NCBI GenBank assembly: GCA_964543665.1
Contig: CAZIZL010000010.1
Coordinates: 1-9,654 of the forward strand
Length of the DNA: 9,654 nucleotides
Direction: 5' to 3'
Source: Candidatus Woesearchaeota archaeon
GTDB taxonomy: Archaea; Nanobdellota; Nanobdellia; Pacearchaeales; GW2011-AR1
How positions within the stretch are numbered: position 1 is the stretch's first letter; each line of letters starts with the position of its first letter. The position numbers were made by a program, and so were the translations under genes. The notes under the pieces were generated by a model. That model saw nothing but the letters and a program-made list of their open reading frames with translations, searched no databases and was not told where the DNA came from. Shown here piece after piece: positions 5,152 through 9,654 of this stretch.

Positions 5152-5884
5152 ATTTATTATTTATTATTGAATATCCTTTTTCTTCTATTTCCTGAATAAG
5201 GTTTTTATTTCCTTTTAATTTTATTTCCCCTTTGCTGATAATGCACACTTTGTCAGGCTCTATGTAATTAAAAATTCTTTTATAGTGGGATATAATGATT
5301 ATTATTTTATTTTTGTTTTTCAGGGAATTTATTGCTTCTGCAATATCTTTAAGAGCATCCACATCTAGTCCTGAGTCTGCTTCATCAAGAATTATTACAT
5401 CAGGATTCAGGAGAATAAGTTGAAGAATCTCTGACTTCTTTTTTTCTCCTCCTGAAAATCCCTTGTTGAGATACCTTTCTGCAAATTCACTATCAAGATT
5501 AAGCATTTCAAGTTTTTTCTTTAATAATCTCCTGAATTCAAATACAGAGATTTTCTTTTTATTCATTGAATTATAAGCTGTTCTTAGAAAATCATAAATT
5601 CTTACTCCTGGAATTTCCTGGGGAAACTGGAAAGACATAAAAATCCCTAACTTGGCTCTTTTATCTGGCTTTAAATCAGTTATATCTTTTTTATTCAGGA
5701 ATATTTTTCCAGAAGAAATTTTGTATTTTGGATTTCCCATAAGAACATTTGCAAGAGTGGATTTTCCAGAGCCATTTGGGCCCATTAATGCCATTATCTC
5801 ACCTTTTTTTATTTCAAGATTTATATCCTCAAGTATCTTTTTCCCCTCAATTTCAATATTCAGGTTTTTTATTTCAAGGCTCAT
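5150..5884 (-). CDS. sufC: Fe-S cluster assembly ATPase SufC
   Basis: 244 aa. It has Walker A GPNGSGKST, the SufC-type FMSFQFPQEIPGV, the ABC signature FSGGEKKK and Walker B IIILDEADSGLD followed by H (ISHY). Its start overlaps the upstream gene's stop by 4 nt (ATGA, 5881-5884). Confidence 0.93.
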   Translation of the reverse strand: MSLEIKNLNIEIEGKKILEDINLEIKKGEIMALMGPNGSGKSTLANVLMGNPKYKISSGKIFLNKKDITDLKPDKRAKLGIFMSFQFPQEIPGVRIYDFLRTAYNSMNKKKISVFEFRRLLKKKLEMLNLDSEFAERYLNKGFSGGEKKKSEILQLILLNPDVIILDEADSGLDVDALKDIAEAINSLKNKNKIIIIISHYKRIFNYIEPDKVCIISKGEIKLKGNKNLIQEIEEKGYSIINNK

Positions 5885-6246
5885 TTTTCTTTTATTTTCC
5901 TTAATGCTTCAAGAGGAAGAAGTTCGCAGGAAATTCTTGCAGGAGTTACCTCAATTCCAAGAAGTTTGTCCACATCTTTTTTTGTTAATTTTCTAATTTC
6001 TGATATTTTCATTCCCTTTATTTTTTCAAGAAGAACTGATGCAGAAACAGTGCTTATAAAACAGGAAATCCCTGAGAATTTAGCATTAATTATTTTGTTA
6101 TCTTTAATAAGAAGCTCAATTGTTATTTCATCATTGCAGGAGGGATTTTGATGCTTTAAGGTGCAATTTTTGTTTTTTAATTCTCCGTAATTAGGTCTTT
6201 CAGAATAAATTTCCATTATATACCTTTTATACATTGTTTCGCTCAT
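5881..6246 (-). CDS. sufU: SufU/IscU-like Fe-S scaffold or sulfur-transfer protein (NifU N-terminal-domain family)
   Basis: 121 aa. The three conserved Cys motifs are NPSCNDEI (C37, D39), GISCFISTVSASVL (C62) and PARISCELL (C107). The N-terminal YKRYIMEIYSERPNYG resembles B. subtilis SufU LYRQVIMDHYKNPRNKG. Confidence 0.8.
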   Translation of the reverse strand: MSETMYKRYIMEIYSERPNYGELKNKNCTLKHQNPSCNDEITIELLIKDNKIINAKFSGISCFISTVSASVLLEKIKGMKISEIRKLTKKDVDKLLGIEVTPARISCELLPLEALRKIKEK

Positions 6247-6247
6247 T

Positions 6248-7591
6248 TTAGCACACTGAATTTTCTATTTCAAGTTCAATTAATTTATTTAATTCTGCAG
6301 CATATTCAAGAGGGAGATTTTTTATTACAGGCTCAATAAATCCTGAAACAATCATTTTTACTGATTCTTCCTCAGAAATTCCCCTTGACATAAGATAAAA
6401 CATCTGCTCTTCGCCTATTTTTCCTACTGCTGCTTCATGTGATACTTCAACTTCATCTTCTGCAACTTCCATGCTTGGAAAAGTAAGTGCTTTGCTTGAA
6501 TTATCCAGCATTAATCCATCGCATCTTACACTTGATTTTGAATTTTTTGCATTTTGATTTATTTTTACATATCCTCTGTAGGAGCTTATTCCTGAATCTT
6601 TGCTTATTCCTTTGCTTACAACAAGTGAGGAGGTATTTTCCCCTATGTGATATACTTTGCATCCTGTATCCTGATACTGCCCTTTTCCAGCATAGGCAAT
6701 TCCAAGGTATTCTGTTCTTGAATTTTTTCCAAGAAGAACACTGCAGGGATAGAGCATTGTTATTTTGCTTCCCATGTTTCCATTTACCCATTCTATTATG
6801 GAATTTTCATGGGCAATTGCTCTTTTTGTATTCAGATTGTAAACATTCTTGCTCCAGTTTTCTATGCTTGAATATCTTACTTTTGCATTTTTTAAAACAT
6901 GTATTTCAACACATCCTGCATGAAGGGAATTTTCAGAGTATTGGGGTGCAGAACATCCTTCAATGTAATGAAGTTCAGAATTTTCATCAGCTATTATAAG
7001 AGTATGCTCAAATTGCCCTCCTTGTTTTGAATTCATTCTGAAATATGCCTGAAGAGGAAGCTCCACTTTTGTGTTTTTTGGAACATAGATAAAAGTTCCT
7101 CCACTCCAGACAGCACAATGAAGTGCTGTAAATTTGTGCAGTCCTGGATTAACACAGGAAGTCATAAAATATTTTTGCACAAGTTCAGGATATTCATGAA
7201 GAGCTAAATCCATATCCAGGAAGATAACTCCTTTTTCACTGAGGCTTTTTTTCAGATTATGATAAATTACTTCTGATTCATACTGTGCCCCTACTCCTCC
7301 CAAAAGTTTTCTTTCTGCCTTTGGAATTCCCAGTTTTTCATAGGTTTCCCTTATTTCTTTTGGAACCTCTTTCCAGGAGGTTGAATTCTTTTTTGCATCT
7401 GGTTTTATATAATAATTTATTTCATTGAAGTTTAATCCAGATAAATCAGGTCCAAAGGGGGGAAGAGGAAGTTTATTAAACAAATTAAGGGCTTCAAGCC
7501 TTTTGTTAAGCATCCATTCTGGCTCGTTCTTGTCCTTTGATATAAATTTTATTAATTCAGGGGATAATTTATTATATGAAATAGTTTTCAT
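6248..7591 (-). CDS. sufB: Fe-S cluster assembly scaffold SufB
   Basis: 447 aa. SufB hallmarks are present: GGVGAQYESEVIYH, ALHCAVWSGGTFIYVPKNTKVELPLQAYFRMN, GQFEHTLIIADENSELHYIEGCSAPQY and EEQMFYLMSRGISEEES. The stop is 1 nt from the sufU-like ATG. Confidence 0.93.
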   Translation of the reverse strand: MKTISYNKLSPELIKFISKDKNEPEWMLNKRLEALNLFNKLPLPPFGPDLSGLNFNEINYYIKPDAKKNSTSWKEVPKEIRETYEKLGIPKAERKLLGGVGAQYESEVIYHNLKKSLSEKGVIFLDMDLALHEYPELVQKYFMTSCVNPGLHKFTALHCAVWSGGTFIYVPKNTKVELPLQAYFRMNSKQGGQFEHTLIIADENSELHYIEGCSAPQYSENSLHAGCVEIHVLKNAKVRYSSIENWSKNVYNLNTKRAIAHENSIIEWVNGNMGSKITMLYPCSVLLGKNSRTEYLGIAYAGKGQYQDTGCKVYHIGENTSSLVVSKGISKDSGISSYRGYVKINQNAKNSKSSVRCDGLMLDNSSKALTFPSMEVAEDEVEVSHEAAVGKIGEEQMFYLMSRGISEEESVKMIVSGFIEPVIKNLPLEYAAELNKLIELEIENSVC

Positions 7592-7613
7592 ATATTACCC
7601 TAGTATTCTGTTG

Positions 7614-7621
7614 TTTTAAAT
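7614..7621 (-). promoter_or_regulatory. ATTTAAAA (minus strand) TATA box for the sufB operon (leaderless spacing)
   Basis: The centre (7617.5) is 26.5 nt upstream of the sufB ATG at 7591 on the minus strand. Confidence 0.4.
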
Positions 7622-7643
7622 GTTTTTGATTTTAAAAGAAAGG

Positions 7644-7651
7644 TATTTATA
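7644..7651 (+). promoter_or_regulatory. TATTTATA TATA box for hisS (leaderless spacing)
   Basis: The centre (7647.5) is ~25.5 nt upstream of the ATG at 7673. There is no SD-like element in between. Confidence 0.4.
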
Positions 7652-7672
7652 GGATTTTTTACTCTTTAATTC

Positions 7673-8848
7673 ATGAACAATGATTTAGTAAAAGGATTTA
7701 ATGACTATGCAGGAGAAGAAGCTCTTAAAAGAGCAGAGATAAAGAAAATTCTAGTGGATACTTTTGAAAAATACGGATTTGAGCCAGCAGAAACCCCTCT
7801 TGTGGAATATGAGGATTTTGTAAAAGGAGAAAACAAGCAGGATGAGGCTGTTTCTGATATTTTTAAGTTAAAAGACAAAGGAGAAAGGAATCTTGCATTA
7901 AGATATGAATTTACCTTTCAATTAAAAAGATTAATGCAAAACAAAAAACTGCCTTACAGAAGATATCAGATTGGAGAGGTTTTCAGGGATGAACCTGTTT
8001 CTTCAAGCAGATTCAGGCAATTTACACAATGCGATGTGGATATTGTAGGAAGCAGAATAAAAGATGAGGCCGAAATTCTGTTTTTAACAAAAGAAATAAT
8101 GGACAGATTAGGGATAAAATTTGTCATTTATATTAATAACAGGAAATTATTAAATGAGATACTTGAAAAAGAAGGAATTAAAGAAAAAATAAAAGTCATA
8201 AAAGAAATTGATAAATTAGACAAGCTTCCTGAAAAAGAAATCAGGGAAAACCTGAAAAAGTTCAATGCAGAGAAAATTCTTAATATTTTTACAAAACCTG
8301 AAAAATATTTTGAGGTTTATTCAGCTTATTCCGAAATAAAAGAACTTAAGGAGGCACTGGAAAATTATGGAATTAAAAAAGAAATTAAATTTCTTCCTTC
8401 TTTGGCAAGAGGTTTGAGTTATTATAATGGAAATGTCTTTGAAATTAAAACAGATAAAATTAAAGAAACCATCTGCGGAGGGGGAAGTTATATGTTTAAT
8501 GAAGTCCAATGCACTGGAATCACACTTGGTTTAGACAGATTAAGCATGCTTATTAAAATAATTAACAGCAAAAACAGTGTTTTGGTTGTTTCTCTTAATG
8601 AAGATAAACAGGCAATTAAAATTGCTGATAAATTAAGGAAATCAGGCAATAATGTTTCTATTTTTTATGGAAAACCCTCAAAGGCACTGGAATATGCAAA
8701 TTCCTATAATCTAAAGCAGGTAATTTTTGTTGGTGCAGAGGAAATAAAGAAAAAAAAGTTTAAAATTAAGGATATGAAAACAGGCAGAGAAAAAATACTT
8801 GTTTTGGAAAAGAAAACAAAAAAGAACATTATTGTTCAGAGAAAGTAA
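7673..8848 (+). CDS. hisS: Histidine--tRNA ligase (HisRS), compact archaeal-type
   Basis: 391 aa, class II aaRS. The TxE region is LRYEFTFQLKR. Motif 2 is YQIGEVFRDEPVSSSRFRQFTQCDVDIVG (compare human VYRRDNP..RGRYREFYQCDFDIAG). The HisA peptide is LARGLSYYNGNVFEI and motif 3 is GITLGLDRL. A C-terminal class-II anticodon-binding domain is present (VLVVSLNEDKQAIKIADKLRKSG..VIFVGAEEIKKKKFKIKDMKTG). Confidence 0.88.
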   Translation: MNNDLVKGFNDYAGEEALKRAEIKKILVDTFEKYGFEPAETPLVEYEDFVKGENKQDEAVSDIFKLKDKGERNLALRYEFTFQLKRLMQNKKLPYRRYQIGEVFRDEPVSSSRFRQFTQCDVDIVGSRIKDEAEILFLTKEIMDRLGIKFVIYINNRKLLNEILEKEGIKEKIKVIKEIDKLDKLPEKEIRENLKKFNAEKILNIFTKPEKYFEVYSAYSEIKELKEALENYGIKKEIKFLPSLARGLSYYNGNVFEIKTDKIKETICGGGSYMFNEVQCTGITLGLDRLSMLIKIINSKNSVLVVSLNEDKQAIKIADKLRKSGNNVSIFYGKPSKALEYANSYNLKQVIFVGAEEIKKKKFKIKDMKTGREKILVLEKKTKKNIIVQRK

Positions 8849-8924
8849 GATTCTAAACTTTAAAAATTATACAAAGATTTAAAAATCACATTCATCTGAA
8901 ACTTTTTCTTAAAAACTAATTTTT

Positions 8925-8929
8925 GAGGT
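8925..8929 (+). promoter_or_regulatory. Shine-Dalgarno-like GAGGT upstream of the 207-aa orphan
   Basis: In TTGAGGTAAATAATTATG, the GAGGT ends 8 nt before the ATG at 8938. A TTTAAAAA box at 8878-8885 would give a ~30-nt leader. Confidence 0.4.
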
Positions 8930-8937
8930 AAATAATT

Positions 8938-9561
8938 ATGGAATATCAAACAGATGGCATTAATTCGGTCAATGAGTATCTTAATGAGGTACATGAAATA
9001 CTGATAAAAGCAGTAAGAGAAGATAAAGCGCAGGCATATACTAAAGTCATTAAAAGACTGGCAAATCTTGCAAAAAAAGACAAAGACCAGTATTTCCAAA
9101 AAATACATGATGAAATGATTTACATAAGGAATTATATGCCCCTTCTTGAAAAAAGAGCAGATAAATATACCAATATTTTTGTTTTTGCAAAATATTTATT
9201 TAATTCAGAGAAATTATCAAAAGTTAAGTCATTAAAAGATAAACTCTCTTCACTTGATGATTGTTTTGATGAAAAATATGAATTATTAAGAAAGATTTAT
9301 GAGGCAAGACTCAATCATTTTACTGATGATGAACTTATTGAGGAATATGAGAAAATAACTTTAAGAAGAGAGGATTGGAAAAAGAGACTTGAAGAAGTAA
9401 ATGGAATAAAAGAAAGAAATGGAAATAGAAATAATAAAAGAATTAAAAAACTTTCAGGAGATATAACTGAAGAGATTGAAAGGCGGGATAGGGCAAGAAA
9501 AGATGCCCTTGTTGAAATCTACAGAAGAAAGATTGATTTAGAGCAGTATTACATGAATTAA
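8938..9561 (+). CDS. Hypothetical protein, 207 aa, highly charged, predicted all-helical/coiled-coil
   Basis: The longest ORF in this interval, with an SD-like element. It is rich in K/E/R/D with heptad-like stretches (EEYEKITLRREDWKKRLEEV, EEIERRDRARKDALVEIYRRKIDLEQ). No family signature is recognised. The antisense ORF 8860..9108 is hydrophobic low-complexity and looks spurious. Confidence 0.65.
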   Translation: MEYQTDGINSVNEYLNEVHEILIKAVREDKAQAYTKVIKRLANLAKKDKDQYFQKIHDEMIYIRNYMPLLEKRADKYTNIFVFAKYLFNSEKLSKVKSLKDKLSSLDDCFDEKYELLRKIYEARLNHFTDDELIEEYEKITLRREDWKKRLEEVNGIKERNGNRNNKRIKKLSGDITEEIERRDRARKDALVEIYRRKIDLEQYYMN

Positions 9562-9623
9562 GCCAATGTCTACAAATAAGAAAGAATTATAAAATTTAAA
9601 ATACTTCAGATGTACTTACATAA

Positions 9624-9654
9624 ATGAAAAACCCAAAACTCAATCAAAAGATAT
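9624..9654 (+). CDS. Possible start of a further gene (MKNPKLNQKI...), truncated by the right window edge
   Basis: The ATG at 9624 lies ~25 nt downstream of the centre of a TTTAAAATA box (9595-9603), the same leaderless spacing seen for other genes here. Only 10 codons are visible, so coding status cannot be judged. Confidence 0.3.
   Translation, partial: MKNPKLNQKI

Noticed and set aside
5652-6151. Plus-strand ORFs 5652..5996 (114 aa) and 5966..6151 (61 aa), antisense to sufC and the sufU-like gene
   Set aside because: They are antisense to two genes with unmistakable family signatures. The peptides are Phe/Ile/Ser-rich low complexity, and no promoter or SD element is present.
6487-6999. 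170-aa plus-strand ORF, and the 96-aa minus-strand alternative-frame ORF 6501..6791, inside sufB
   Set aside because: Both lie entirely within the strongly supported SufB reading frame. Their translations are Leu/Phe/Cys/His-rich low-complexity strings typical of antisense or off-frame reading of AT-rich coding DNA. They have no start-site signals.
8750-8757. A8 homopolymer in hisS as a possible programmed frameshift or pseudogenising slip site
   Set aside because: The frame reads through as KKKK and continues to a sensible end of the anticodon-binding domain. Nothing in the sequence suggests a disrupted gene.
7673-8848. Alternative reading of this gene as HisZ, the HisRS-like regulatory subunit of ATP phosphoribosyltransferase
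   Set aside because: A full class-II anticodon-binding domain is present at the C-terminus, and the motif 2/motif 3 arginines and the HisA RGLxYY peptide are retained. No his-biosynthesis genes are adjacent. HisRS is the better call, with the HisB deviation flagged separately.
1-9654. CRISPR arrays, long direct or inverted repeats, IS elements, toxin-antitoxin pairs or known defence genes
   Set aside because: No regularly spaced repeats of 24-40 nt are visible by eye, and no transposase, integrase, nuclease or ATPase defence signatures appear in any ORF. Spacers are too short (8-111 nt) to hide such elements. An exhaustive repeat search was not possible without tools.

Overview
This is an AT-rich, very gene-dense chromosomal segment. 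The 13 CDS and 1 tRNA called here cover about 93% of the bases, by my coordinate arithmetic. It reads as archaeal on three grounds: a Dph2 diphthamide-synthesis gene, a HisRS with an archaeal/eukaryotic-type motif 2 (FTQCDVDIVG), and TTTAAATA-like TATA boxes centred about 25-28 nt upstream of most ATGs, which implies leaderless mRNAs. The small proteins and tiny spacers suggest a reduced-genome (DPANN-like) archaeon, but that is inference only. Left to right the window holds: a U32 peptidase-family gene running off the left edge (absent from the ORF track); tRNA-His(GUG); a membrane-anchored amicyanin-like cupredoxin; a thioredoxin-reductase homologue; a typical 2-Cys AhpC/Prx1 peroxiredoxin; Dph2; a 228-aa orphan; a membrane-anchored DsbA-family CPYC oxidoreductase; a compact sufB-sufU-like-sufC operon on the minus strand; HisRS; a 207-aa charged helical orphan; and the first codons of another gene. 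I found no CRISPR array, transposase/integrase, rRNA or recognisable defence system, and I cannot support a clearly novel multi-gene system here. The points most worth a second look are: (1) the TrxR homologue has degenerate NADPH-binding signatures; (2) the SUF operon lacks sufD/sufS in the window and carries a SufU/IscU-hybrid scaffold; (3) a clustered TTCATAT repeat with an inverted repeat overlaps the TATA box upstream of the DsbA-like gene, with single copies upstream of the other redox genes; (4) thiol-redox, copper and Fe-S genes are concentrated in this window; (5) there are two orphan proteins.
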